A DNA stretch of 57,610 bases from the NCBI GenBank assembly GCA_007121465.1, contig SKKL01000048.1, positions 1 through 57,610 on the forward strand, written 5' to 3'. The notes under the pieces were generated by a model that saw nothing but the letters and a program-made list of their open reading frames with translations, searched no databases and was not told the origin of the DNA. Shown here one piece after another: positions 9,189 through 18,885 of the stretch (positions are counted from its first letter, which is position 1; the number at the start of each line of letters is the position of its first letter). Source of the stretch: Acidimicrobiales bacterium (GTDB taxonomy: Bacteria > Actinomycetota > Acidimicrobiia > Acidimicrobiales > SKKL01). A program made the translations under genes and the position numbers.

Positions 9189-11824
9189 TGGCCGACGACG
9201 ACCAGAACCCCGACGCCCCGACGCCCGACGACGACGCTGCTCCTGACGACGGCGCTGCTCCTGACGAGGATGCTCCCGAGACCGACGGTCTGAGCGTCGA
9301 GGAGACCCTCGACGCCATCTCCTCGGGTGGGGTCGAACCCATCGAGATCGAACGGGAGATGGAGCAGTCGTTCCTCGACTACGCCATGTCGGTCCTGGTC
9401 TCGCGGGCCCTGCCCGACGCCCGCGACGGTCTCAAGCCGGTCCACCGCCGGATCCTCTGGGGCATGTTCGAACAGAACGTGCTCCCCACCCGGTCCCACG
9501 TGAAGTGCGCCCGGGTCGTGGGCGACGTGATGGGCAAGTACCACCCACACGGCGACCAGGCGATCTACGACGCGCTGGTCCGCCTCGGCCAGCCCTTCTC
9601 GTTGGCCAACCCGCTGATCGATCCGCACGGCAACTTCGGGTCACCGTCCGATGCCCCCGCGGCCATGCGCTACACCGAGTGCCGGTTGAGCCGCATCGCC
9701 ATGAACATGCTGGCCGGCATCGACGAGGAAACCGTCGACATGCTGTCCAACTTCGACGGCAACGAAGAGGAGCCGTCGGTCCTCCCGGCTCGTTTTCCCA
9801 ACCTGTTGGTCAACGGCGGCCAGGGCATCGCGGTCGGCATGGCCACCAACATCCCTCCCCACAACCTGGGCGAGGTCATCGACGCGGTCCAGCACCTGCT
9901 CGCCAACCCCAAGGCCACCATCGACGACCTCATGGAGTTTGTGAAGGGCCCCGACTTCCCCACGCGCTGTCAGGTGCTCGGACGGGCCGGCAGTGTCGAC
10001 GCCTACCGAACCGGTCGTGGCTCGGTGAAGATGCGAGCGGTCGCCGAGATCGAAGAGGTCTCCGGTGGCGCTCGCATCGTCGTGTCGGCCATTCCGTACC
10101 AGACCTCGGTCGAGGCCATCGAGCAGAAGGCGGCCGAAGCGGTCGAGCGGCGCGACATCGACGGCATCCGTTCCATCACCAACGAGTCGGCCAAGGGCGT
10201 CACCCGCCTGGTGTTCCAGCTCAAGCGCGACGCCACCCCTCACGTGGTGCTCAACAACCTCTACAAGTACACGCCCCTGCAGACCAGCTTCGGTGTGAAC
10301 ATGGTCGCCCTGGTCGACGGTGTGCCTCGCACCCTCAACCTGCGTGACGCCCTCGTCGCCTATGTCGATCACCAGGTCGAGGTCATCACCCGCCGGTCGG
10401 AGTTCCGGCTGCGCAAGGCACGAGATCGGGCTCACATCGTCGAGGGGCTCATCAAGGCCCTCGATCTCATCGATCAGATCATCGCCACCATCCGGGCATC
10501 CGAGGACCGCCCCGCGGCTCGCGAGTCGCTGATGGCCGAGCCGTTCGAGTTCTCCCAGGTCCAGGCCAACCACATCCTCGACATGACCCTTGGTCGCCTC
10601 ACCCGTCTCGGCCGATCCGAGCTCGAGGCGGAGCTCACCCAGCTGCGGGAGACCATCGGTGAGCTCGAGGCGATCCTCGGCGACGACGTCAAGCTGCGTG
10701 AGGTCATCCGCGAGGAGTTGGCCGAGGTCCGCGACACCTACGCCACGCCCCGCCGATCCGAGCTCACCTTCGACCCCGGCGACCTCGATATCGAGGACCT
10801 CATCGACGACGAAGACATCGTGGTGACCCTCACCGAGGCCGGCTACATCAAGACCGTCTCGATCGATGCCTTCCGCACCCAGGGTCGGGGCGGTCGGGGG
10901 GTGGCGGGCACCAAGCTCAAGGACGACGACTTCGTCAACCACGTCCTGCACACCACCGCCCACTCCTACCTGCTGTTCTTCTCCAACCTGGGGCGCGTCT
11001 ACCGGCTCAAGGCACACGAGATCCCGATGATGGAACGCACGGCGCGAGGCACCGCCATCGTGAACCTGTTGCCGTTCCAGCCCGGGGAGTACATCCAGGC
11101 TCTCATCGACACCCGCGACTACGAGACCAACCGGTATCTGTTCTTCGCCACCCGCCAAGGGCAGGTGAAGAAGACCCGCTTCACCGACTACGACTCGTCG
11201 CTGCGGGCCGGGATCATCGCGCTCGGGTTGCGCGACGGCGACGAGCTGGTCACCGCCTTCCCCGCCAGCGGCCACGGCGACGTGATCATGACATCCAAGC
11301 TGGGCCAGACCATCCGATTCGCCGAGGATCAGGTGCGCTCCATGGGTCGAACGGCAGCAGGAGTGCGGGGCATGCGGTTACGCGAGGGCGACGAATTGGT
11401 CGCCGCGTCGGCCGTGGTCGACGATGCCCACTACGTCATCGTCACCGACGCCGGCTATGGAAAGCGCACCGACCCCGCCCTCTACCCGCGCAAGGGCCGG
11501 GGCACCCAGGGGGTGCGCGGCATCAACCTGCCCGAACAGCGCGGCCACGTCGTCGCCGCCTTCATGGCCCACGACGAGGACCAGATGGTGGTGGTGAGCT
11601 CCGACGGGATCCTCATCCGCACCGAGGTCGGGCAGATCTCCCAGCAGGGACGCTCGGCGAGCGGTGTCCGGGTGATGAACCTGGCCGCGGGCACCCGCGT
11701 GGCGTCGGTGGCACCGATCACCGCGGCCGACGTCGACCCCGATGCCGAGACCGACGACGAGGCCGATGCGCTCGTCGGAGCGTCCACCGACCCCGCCGGC
11801 GATGGGCCACCCGATCCGGACTGA
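9188..11824 (+). CDS. gyrA: DNA gyrase subunit A
   Basis: 878-aa ORF with [27 protein letters not shown], the active-site region AAMRYTE and a GyrA-box-like QGRGGRG. TGATG overlap with the gyrB stop. It has acidic N- and C-terminal extensions. Confidence 0.97.
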
Positions 11825-11921
11825 CCCTGGTGAAACCCCTCGGGTCGACCTAGGATCGACCTGAACCCACTTCCCCCGGCACCACTTCCCCCACCGAGCA
11901 ATCGAGCGCGGGAGTAGCCCG

Positions 11922-12362
11922 ATGTGGGACAGGACACGGCGAGGGCGGAACAGGCCTCAGCGAGCGAACCGGATGGTTGGGCGGCGCGCCCCGGACCGGC
12001 CACCCGATGCCGGTCAGGTGGTTCCCCTGGTGGCCATCGCCGTCGTGGTGATGGCCGGCGCCGTGCTGGTGGTCACCGCGGTGGGTGGGGTGCTGGCCGA
12101 CCGCACCGCCGCCCGGACCGCGGCCGACGCGGCGGCCTTGGCTGCCGCCATCGAGTCTGACCGGGCGGCGGCGGATCTGGCCCATCTCAACGGGGCCGAA
12201 CTGCTGTCGATCCGACGGATGGGGGACCAGGTGGAGGTCGAGGTTCGGGTCGGTCGAGCCACCGCGCGAGCCCGCGCCGAGACGGTACGAACCCCGGTGG
12301 CGCCGGGCCCCGGCGAGGGGCGTGGGGTGGGCGCGTACCGCCCGGGGACCAGTATCCCGTAG
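11922..12362 (+). CDS. TadE-like (Rv3654c-type, 'helicase/secretion neighbourhood') small membrane-anchored protein
   Basis: 146-aa ORF. After a basic N-terminus comes a single hydrophobic segment followed by the Ala-rich motif GQVVPLVAIAVVVMAGAVLVVTAVGGVLADRTAARTAADAAALAAA, which matches my memory of the TadE-like family. It fills the gap between gyrA and the DUF3566 gene. The start codon is uncertain. Confidence 0.55.
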   Translation: MWDRTRRGRNRPQRANRMVGRRAPDRPPDAGQVVPLVAIAVVVMAGAVLVVTAVGGVLADRTAARTAADAAALAAAIESDRAAADLAHLNGAELLSIRRMGDQVEVEVRVGRATARARAETVRTPVAPGPGEGRGVGAYRPGTSIP

Positions 12363-12372
12363 GCTTGGGCCC

Positions 12373-13167
12373 ATGGCAGAGCAGACCCGAGTCGGAGCGC
12401 GCCGACGACCAGACGCGGCCCGGCCCGGAGGTGGGTCGTCGTCTTCGCCGTCGAAGAAGAAGGCGACGACCGGGCCCGACGAGACGACCGAGGCCGACGG
12501 CACCGAGGCCGACGACGACACGCGCGCCGGCACCGACACCGACACCGACACCGAGGACCATCGAACCTCTGCGCGAGACGACGGGGAGACCCAAGAGGTC
12601 CCGTCGGTTGCTCCCGAGGATTCCCGATGGTCCGATCCCGATGACGACGAGTCACCCTCCGGGGGTCCCGACACCGCGGCGGATCGCTCGCCTGCGCAAA
12701 CGTCGGCGGCGTCGCCACTCGATCAGCTCAAGAGCCTGGTTCGCACACGCGGTCCGATTCGGGCACGCAAGGTGCATCGAATCGTCCGGCGAGTCGACCC
12801 GTGGTCGATCCTCAAGCTGTGCCTGCTCTTCTACCTGTGTGTCTGGGTCATGTCGATGGTCGCAGTGGTCCTTCTCTGGGGGGTGGCGGTCGGTTCCGGC
12901 ACCATCGGGAGTCTCGAGAACTTCATCGCTGAGTTCCTCGCGTTCGAGGAGTTCCGGTTCAACGGTGACCAGCTCTTCCAGGTCGTCGCGCTCGGTGGGC
13001 TCATCGGCGTGTTCGTGGCCACCGCAGTCAGCGCTGTCCTCGCGGTGGTCTTCAACCTGATCGCCGACCTCACCGGTGGGATCCGGTTCACCGTCGTCGA
13101 AGAAGAGTCCGCCCGCCGCATCCTGCGCACCGAAGCCGACCGCACCCGCTCGACCCTCACCTCCTGA
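12373..13167 (+). CDS. DUF3566 transmembrane protein (Rv0007-like) with acidic disordered N-terminus
   Basis: In-frame ATG at 12373 within ORF 12085..13167. The upstream 96 codons overlap the TadE-like ORF and were discarded. The C-terminal part, RKVHRIVRRVDPWSILKLCLLFYLCVWVMSMVAVVLLWGVA...NLIADLTGGIRFTVVEE, is typical of DUF3566, which follows gyrA in many actinobacteria. Confidence 0.8.
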   Translation: MAEQTRVGARRRPDAARPGGGSSSSPSKKKATTGPDETTEADGTEADDDTRAGTDTDTDTEDHRTSARDDGETQEVPSVAPEDSRWSDPDDDESPSGGPDTAADRSPAQTSAASPLDQLKSLVRTRGPIRARKVHRIVRRVDPWSILKLCLLFYLCVWVMSMVAVVLLWGVAVGSGTIGSLENFIAEFLAFEEFRFNGDQLFQVVALGGLIGVFVATAVSAVLAVVFNLIADLTGGIRFTVVEEESARRILRTEADRTRSTLTS

Positions 13168-13228
13168 TCCCGCCGGGCGTTCTCAGGTGGCCCTGGCTCG
13201 GTGGTCGCGACTACCGTCCCTGCCTGGC

Positions 13229-13302
<74 letters not shown>

Positions 13303-13306
13303 CGCA

Positions 13307-13332
13307 TCGCCTTCGGTCCCCGCCGAAGGCGA
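13307..13332 (+). terminator. Hairpin immediately downstream of tRNA-Ile
   Basis: Perfect 10-bp inverted repeat TCGCCTTCGG (13307-13316) / CCGAAGGCGA (13323-13332) with a 6-nt loop. There is no U-tract, so terminator function is only inferred. Confidence 0.4.
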
Positions 13333-13358
13333 ACCGTCCCCGAACCGGAGGCACAATC

Positions 13359-13499
13359 GTGGTCACCCTGTTCCGCCGAGCCCTGGTGGCCATCGGAGTC
13401 GCCGGGTTCATCGCCGCCGTCCTCCGTCTGCGGGGCTCGGGTGGCACCCCGGTCCGCGACGGTGGCTGGCGCGAGCTCACCGGCCCGGATCTTCGCTGA
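13359..13499 (+). CDS. Small (46 aa) single-TM protein, hypothetical
   Basis: Hand translation gives MVTLFRRALVAIGVAGFIAAVLRLRGSGGTPVRDGGWRELTGPDLR*. GTG start with GGAGG 7 nt upstream, high GC3, and a stop that overlaps the next gene's ATG (TGATG). It is below the ORF-track length cutoff. Confidence 0.4.
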   Translation: MVTLFRRALVAIGVAGFIAAVLRLRGSGGTPVRDGGWRELTGPDLR

Positions 13500-14497
13500 T
13501 GGCCGGGCGTTCTGTCGCGGTCATCGGGCTCGGCGCCGTGGGGTCGCGCGCCGCCCGTCAGCTGCTGTCTTCGGACCAGGTGCCGACCTTGACGGTCCGT
13601 GACGCCGACGCGGATCGAGCCGAGACCGTCGGGCGTTCCCTGGGCTCCACGACCACCGCGGAGCTTCCGCCCTACACCGACGCGGTCGAGGCCGACATCG
13701 TGGTGCTCGCCACCCCGGCGGGAACCCACGGGGCACTGGCCCGCGATCTGGTGGCGCGCAATCGCTCGGTGATCTCGGTCTCGGACTCGATCGACGACGT
13801 CACCGCCTTGGCCGATCTCGATTCTGAGGCCCGCGAGCGCGGAGTGTCGGTCGTGATCGGCGCCGGTTTCTCCCCCGGGTTGAGCTGTGTGCTCGCCCGT
13901 CACGCCTCGGCCGACTTCAGCTCGATCGACGAGATCCACGTCGCCATGTCCGGCACCGGCGGCCCGGCGTGTGCTCGACAGCACCACCGTGCTCTCGGCG
14001 ACTGGGCGATCGACTGGCGTGACGGCGGGTGGGTGCGGCGACGAGGTGGATCCGGGCGGGAGCTGTGCTGGTTCCCCGACCCGATTGCCGGGAAGGACTG
14101 CTACCGAGCGGCGCGCCCCGAGTCACTCCTGTTGGCCCCCGCCTTCGGTGGGGTCTCCCGGGTCACCGCCCGTATGGCTGCGACCCGCCGCGATCGCCTC
14201 ACCGCCCGCTTGCCCATGCTGCGGCCTCCCCACCCCGAAGGCGGCCCCGGAGCGATCCGGGTCGAGGTCCGAGGCTGGCGGGACGACCAGCGCCACGTGA
14301 AGATCCTCGGTGCGATGGACCGTCCCGCGGTCGGAGCCGGCACCGTGGCGGCGGTCGCTGCACTGTCGGTCCTCGACGGGCAGGTTCTCCGACCCGGAGC
14401 AGCCGGCTTGGCCGAGCTGGTCGACCCGGTCCCGTTCCTCGCCGAGCTGGCTCGTCGTGGGGTCAAAGCCGCGGTGTTCGAGGGTCTCACCGGCTGA
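13499..14497 (+). CDS. Saccharopine-dehydrogenase-like NAD(P)-binding protein
   Basis: 332-aa ORF with N-terminal Rossmann motif VAVIGLGAVGSRAARQL and the GAGFSPGLS motif typical of the Sacchrp_dh family. The substrate cannot be inferred. Confidence 0.7.
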   Translation: MAGRSVAVIGLGAVGSRAARQLLSSDQVPTLTVRDADADRAETVGRSLGSTTTAELPPYTDAVEADIVVLATPAGTHGALARDLVARNRSVISVSDSIDDVTALADLDSEARERGVSVVIGAGFSPGLSCVLARHASADFSSIDEIHVAMSGTGGPACARQHHRALGDWAIDWRDGGWVRRRGGSGRELCWFPDPIAGKDCYRAARPESLLLAPAFGGVSRVTARMAATRRDRLTARLPMLRPPHPEGGPGAIRVEVRGWRDDQRHVKILGAMDRPAVGAGTVAAVAALSVLDGQVLRPGAAGLAELVDPVPFLAELARRGVKAAVFEGLTG

Positions 14498-14716
14498 CGA
14501 CCCGGTCCCGGCCGAACAGGCCCGTGGGATCGTCCAGCACGCTCGACCCCCCCCGAGACCGGGAATTCGCGCTCTCCGCGGTCAGATCGGCGCTCAGAGG
14601 CTGAAAAGTAGTCCGTACGGCCCTTGTGCACAGGGTTACCGACGGGGTTATGTGGGAGACCTCAGTCACACCGATCCGACCGGAACGGGACGAGACACCG
14701 AGAAGGGCGATACACG

Positions 14717-15601
14717 ATGGGCGACACCCAGGAACTCTCACAGCGCATCGAGCAGCACCTGCCGCTCGTCAAGCACATCGTCTTCCAGGTGGCGGTGCAC
14801 TTCCCCCGCCACGTCGACCGCGAGGACCTGGCCCGTGCCGGCGCGCTCGGTCTCGTCGAAGCCGCTCGCCGCTACGACGACGACCGGGGCGTTCCCTTCG
14901 AGCGTTTCGCCGCCCAGCGCATCCGTGGAGCGATCCTCGACGCGGTCCGTGCCGCCGACTGGGCTCCCCGCTCGGTGCGCACCGTCGCCCGTCGCCTCGA
15001 AGCCGCCGAACAGCGCCTGGCCAGCCAGCTCGGCCGGGTACCGTCGTCGACCGAGATGGCCGAGGAGCTGGGTGTCACCAAGGCCGAGCTCGACCGGCTC
15101 CAGGACCGCATGTTCCGTTCGGTCGTCCTCGCCCTCGAGCACGAGGTCACCGACGACTCCGACGAGGACCTCACCCTCGTCGACGTCCTCATCGACCCGA
15201 ACAGCATCGAGCCTCTCGAAGAGATCGAGACCCGCGAGCTGCTCGGCTACCTCCGCGATGCCGTCGATCTCCTGCCCGAGCGCCAGCGCCTGGTCATCGT
15301 CGGGTACTTCCTCGAAGGGCGCACCTCCCAGGACCTCGCCCGATTCCTCGGCGTCACCGAGTCGCGGATCTCTCAGCTCCGCAGCGAGGCGCTGGAGATG
15401 CTCCGCGAAGGCATCGAGGGCCAGTACGGCGCCGAGGCCCCCGCCGATCCGGCTACCGCCTCGGGGAGGGTTGCCCGCCGCAAGGCCGGGTACGCCCACG
15501 CCATCTCCACCGCCAGCCCCTGGCGTGACCGCATCGACCTCGAGGACGCCTACGACGTCGAGGCCGAGCCGCCGGTGCCGGTCGGGGTTGCCTGGAGCTG
15601 A
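14717..15601 (+). CDS. FliA/WhiG-family (sigma-28 type) RNA polymerase sigma factor
   Basis: ATG at 14717 inside ORF 14624..15601. HLPLVKHIVFQVAVHFPRHVDREDLARAGALGLVEAARRYD (region 2), the hallmark DWAPRSVR, and region 4 LPERQRLVIVGYFLEGRTSQDLARFLGVTESRISQLRSEAL. It has a roughly 55-aa C-terminal extension. Confidence 0.85.
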   Translation: MGDTQELSQRIEQHLPLVKHIVFQVAVHFPRHVDREDLARAGALGLVEAARRYDDDRGVPFERFAAQRIRGAILDAVRAADWAPRSVRTVARRLEAAEQRLASQLGRVPSSTEMAEELGVTKAELDRLQDRMFRSVVLALEHEVTDDSDEDLTLVDVLIDPNSIEPLEEIETRELLGYLRDAVDLLPERQRLVIVGYFLEGRTSQDLARFLGVTESRISQLRSEALEMLREGIEGQYGAEAPADPATASGRVARRKAGYAHAISTASPWRDRIDLEDAYDVEAEPPVPVGVAWS

Positions 15602-15610
15602 GCGGACAGC

Positions 15611-16333
15611 TCAGAAGCGGATCGCTCCACCCCACCGGTCGAGTACGGCGGGATCGCCGAACACCTCGAGCCGGGCCGCGGGCATCCGCCCGGTGACCAT
15701 CAGCGCGAGATCGCTCGCCGGCCCTCGCGCCGCGACGTCGCCCTTGGCGTGCACTCGCTCGACGCGCAGACCATCGGATCCGAGTCCGACGAGCCACTCA
15801 CCCTCGATGTCGGTGGCGTGCAGGTGGATGGTGACCTCCGGTCCGTCCCAGTCCTCGGAGCGGAAGCGGAAGGGGGCCAGGACCTCGAGCAGCTCGTCGA
15901 TGATGTCGACGGCCTGGTCGGGGTCGAGGGGATCGGCCGCACTGACCGCGGCCTGGGCGTCCCACCGGTGGATCGCCGTCTCGTGGGCTGCTCGACGGGC
16001 CCAGAAGGTCGCTGGTCGTGGGCCGTGCCAGCTCGGGGTCAGCGCATCGGGGTCGATCTGGGTGAGCGCCGTCACGAGCGCGGTGAGGCCTTCGCGGTAC
16101 CAGTCGGCCAGAGCGTCGAGCGAGACCTCCTCGTTGCGGTCGGTACGAACGAGCTGAGCCGGATCGGTGGCCACCACTTGGGCGTGCTGCCACCGGTGAA
16201 CGTTGCCCACGTGGCGGAGCAGGTCGGGGAGGGTCCAGTCCGGGCAGGTCGGAACATCGACGTCGGCGATGCGAACCTCGCCGAGGGCTTCGCCTTCGGT
16301 CCGCAACGCGTCGATCAGCTTCTCGTGGTCCAC
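15611..16333 (-). CDS. DinB-like / mycothiol-dependent maleylpyruvate-isomerase-family protein (TIGR03083-like)
   Basis: GTG at 16331-16333 within ORF 15611..16627, with the upstream Arg/Pro-rich extension discarded. VDHEKLIDALRTEGEALGEV...CPDWTLPDLLRHVGNVHRW...RRAAHETAIHRWD fits the N-terminal metal-binding helical bundle of this family. Confidence 0.7.
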   Translation of the reverse strand: MDHEKLIDALRTEGEALGEVRIADVDVPTCPDWTLPDLLRHVGNVHRWQHAQVVATDPAQLVRTDRNEEVSLDALADWYREGLTALVTALTQIDPDALTPSWHGPRPATFWARRAAHETAIHRWDAQAAVSAADPLDPDQAVDIIDELLEVLAPFRFRSEDWDGPEVTIHLHATDIEGEWLVGLGSDGLRVERVHAKGDVAARGPASDLALMVTGRMPAARLEVFGDPAVLDRWGGAIRF

Positions 16334-16374
16334 CCCCGCAGTCTGGCATCTCTCTGCCCGAGGGTGACGGAGCG

Positions 16375-18783
16375 TCAGCGACGGGTGGGATCGTCGTCGG
16401 TCGCGGTGCGGAACATGCGCGGCGAGGTCCACCACGGGACCAGTCGGGGACCGACCTCGAGCACGACGATTCCGATGGCCACGACGACACCCAGGGTGAG
16501 CCACTGATCGGCGGGGGGCAGGTGCAGCTCGAAGAACTCCTGAACCGGCGCCCACAGCAGGGCGATCAGGTAGCCGCCCCCCATTCCTGCGAGGAGGGTG
16601 ATCCGGAACGGGGTCAGCGGCCGGCACAGCATCGACAAGATGTAGAGCCCCATCGCGAGGAGGGCACAGACGGCGACGGTCCGCGCCTCGTCGAGCTCTA
16701 CTCCAGGTGAGTCACGCACCAGCTCGTAGACCGCGAAGGTGGCGAGACCGGCGACGATCCCCGATGGCAGGGCGAAGCGAAGGACCCGGGGCACGAAGCC
16801 GGGTTCGGAGCGTCGCCAGTTCGGCTCCAGGGCGAGGAAGAACCCGGGCACTCCGATGCTGAAGGTCCCGATCAGCGTGAGGTGGCGGGGGAGGAACGGG
16901 AAGGGGACCGACATCAGGCCGGTCAGGGCGGCGAGCAGCACCGCGTAGGCAGCCTTGGCGACGAAGAGGTTGGTCACTCGCTCGATGTTGTTGATGACGC
17001 GGCGACCCTCGGCGAGCACCACGGGGAGGGTGGCGAACGCGTTGTCGAGGAGGACGAGCTGGGCGACCGCCCGGGTGGATGTCGAACCGGCACCCATGGC
17101 GATGCCCATGTCGGCGTCCTTCAGGGCGAGCACGTCGTTCACGCCGTCGCCGGTCATCGCCACCACGTGTCCGCGGGATTGGAGCGCCCCCACCATCGCT
17201 CGCTTCTGGTGCGGGGTGACGCGCCCGAAGACCGTGACCTCGTCGAGCACGTCGGCGAGCTCGTCGACGTCGTCGGAGAGATCGCGGGCATCGACCACGT
17301 TCTCGGCCCCCGGGATGCCCGCCCGCTGGGCCACCGCCGACACCGTCGCGGGATGGTCGCCGGAGATGACCTTCAGGGTGATGCCCTGCGCCGCGAAGTA
17401 CCCGAGGATCTCGTGGGCGTCGGGTCGGATCTGGTCCTCGAGCAGGACCAGGGCGGTCGGGACGACACCCGGCGGGAGGTGGTCGTCGAGCGGGCCGTCA
17501 CAGTGAGCGAGCAGCACGATTCGGCGGCCCGCCGACGCGTGGTGGGCGACGTCGTCGCGCACTCGAGCAGAGAGGTCGTCGTCGAGGCAGTGATCCATCA
17601 CCACGTCCGGCGCCCCGAGGACCCAGGTACCCCGGCCGGAGAAGCTGGCCGCCGCCCACTTGCGGGCCGACGAGAAGGGAATGACGACATCGGGTTCCCA
17701 GTCGTCGGGAACCGGGATCGCCCGACCGATCGCCGCGAGGGTGGCGTTGGGATTGGGGTCGGAGCCGGCGACGGCACCGAGTGCCTCGCGGATGGCGTCG
17801 TCGGTGGTCGCGGTCCCGTTGGCAGGGGTCAGCACGATCAGATCGGTGAAGCTGATCTCGCCGGTGGTGATCGTGCCGGTCTTGTCGAGACAGAGCACGT
17901 CGACCCGGGCCAGGAGCTCGACCGAGGCCAGTTCCTTGGCGAGGGCGTTGCGGCGCGCCAGCGAGAGGATGCCGACGATGAAGGCGATGCTGGTCAACAG
18001 GACGAGACCGTCGGGCACCATGGCGACGGCCGCGGCGACGGTTCCCCGCAACGCCTCCCGCCACTCGTCCTCGGCGGAGAAGAGCGAGATCAGCAACAGC
18101 AACGACACCGGCGGGATGATGAGGGTCAACCAGCGCAGGATGAGGTTGATGCCCTGTCGTAGTTCGGAGTTGGCCAGCTTGAAGCGCCGGGCCTCTTCGG
18201 CCAGGGTCGTCGCGTACGACTCGGCGCCGATACGGGTGGCGCGGTAGAAGCCGGAGCCGGCGGCCACGAAGCTGCCCGACATGACCTCGTCGCCGGGCTC
18301 TTTGAGGATGGGGTCGGATTCGCCGGTGAGGAGCGATTCGTTGGCCTCGAGGCCGTGGGCGACGAGAACCTCGCCGTCGACGATGATCTGATCCCCGGGA
18401 GTGAGCTCGAGGACCTCGTCGGCCACGACTCCCGACACCCCGATCTCGTGGACCTCGCCGTCGCGAACCACTCGGGCCTTCGGAGCGTTGAGGACCGCCA
18501 GTCGGTCGAGCTCGCGCTTTGCCCGCAGCTCCTGAACGATGCCGATGGTGCTGTTGGAGATGACGACCCCGGCGAAGAGGGCGTCGGGGCCCGGAGCGGC
18601 GACCATGATGAGCACGAACATGACGCCGATGATCCCGTTGACCGGCGTGAGCACGTTGGCCCGCACGATCTCACCGAAGGTGCGGGTGGGGGCGTCGGGG
18701 ACGGTGTTGATCTGCCCGTTGCGGGTGCGCTCGTCGACCTCGGCCGTAGTGAGGCCGGTCATCGGCGGGGCGTGGCTGCTCAT
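16375..18783 (-). CDS. Cation-translocating P-type ATPase (P2/CtpE-like)
   Basis: 802-aa ORF with TGES actuator motif (LLTGESDP), phosphorylation site DKTGTIT, the hinge TGDGVNDVLALKDADMGIAMG and about 10 TM segments. It has no heavy-metal CPC motif or HMA domain. Confidence 0.9.
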   Translation of the reverse strand: MSSHAPPMTGLTTAEVDERTRNGQINTVPDAPTRTFGEIVRANVLTPVNGIIGVMFVLIMVAAPGPDALFAGVVISNSTIGIVQELRAKRELDRLAVLNAPKARVVRDGEVHEIGVSGVVADEVLELTPGDQIIVDGEVLVAHGLEANESLLTGESDPILKEPGDEVMSGSFVAAGSGFYRATRIGAESYATTLAEEARRFKLANSELRQGINLILRWLTLIIPPVSLLLLISLFSAEDEWREALRGTVAAAVAMVPDGLVLLTSIAFIVGILSLARRNALAKELASVELLARVDVLCLDKTGTITTGEISFTDLIVLTPANGTATTDDAIREALGAVAGSDPNPNATLAAIGRAIPVPDDWEPDVVIPFSSARKWAAASFSGRGTWVLGAPDVVMDHCLDDDLSARVRDDVAHHASAGRRIVLLAHCDGPLDDHLPPGVVPTALVLLEDQIRPDAHEILGYFAAQGITLKVISGDHPATVSAVAQRAGIPGAENVVDARDLSDDVDELADVLDEVTVFGRVTPHQKRAMVGALQSRGHVVAMTGDGVNDVLALKDADMGIAMGAGSTSTRAVAQLVLLDNAFATLPVVLAEGRRVINNIERVTNLFVAKAAYAVLLAALTGLMSVPFPFLPRHLTLIGTFSIGVPGFFLALEPNWRRSEPGFVPRVLRFALPSGIVAGLATFAVYELVRDSPGVELDEARTVAVCALLAMGLYILSMLCRPLTPFRITLLAGMGGGYLIALLWAPVQEFFELHLPPADQWLTLGVVVAIGIVVLEVGPRLVPWWTSPRMFRTATDDDPTRR

Positions 18784-18885
18784 CGCCCCGACGACGCTAC
18801 ACGCCCCGACCGCGGCCGGCGGTGTCTCTCACTGCCACGGCGGGTGCGACCGAGAACCGCTCTCGCCTCCGGCTAGCCTGCGCTC

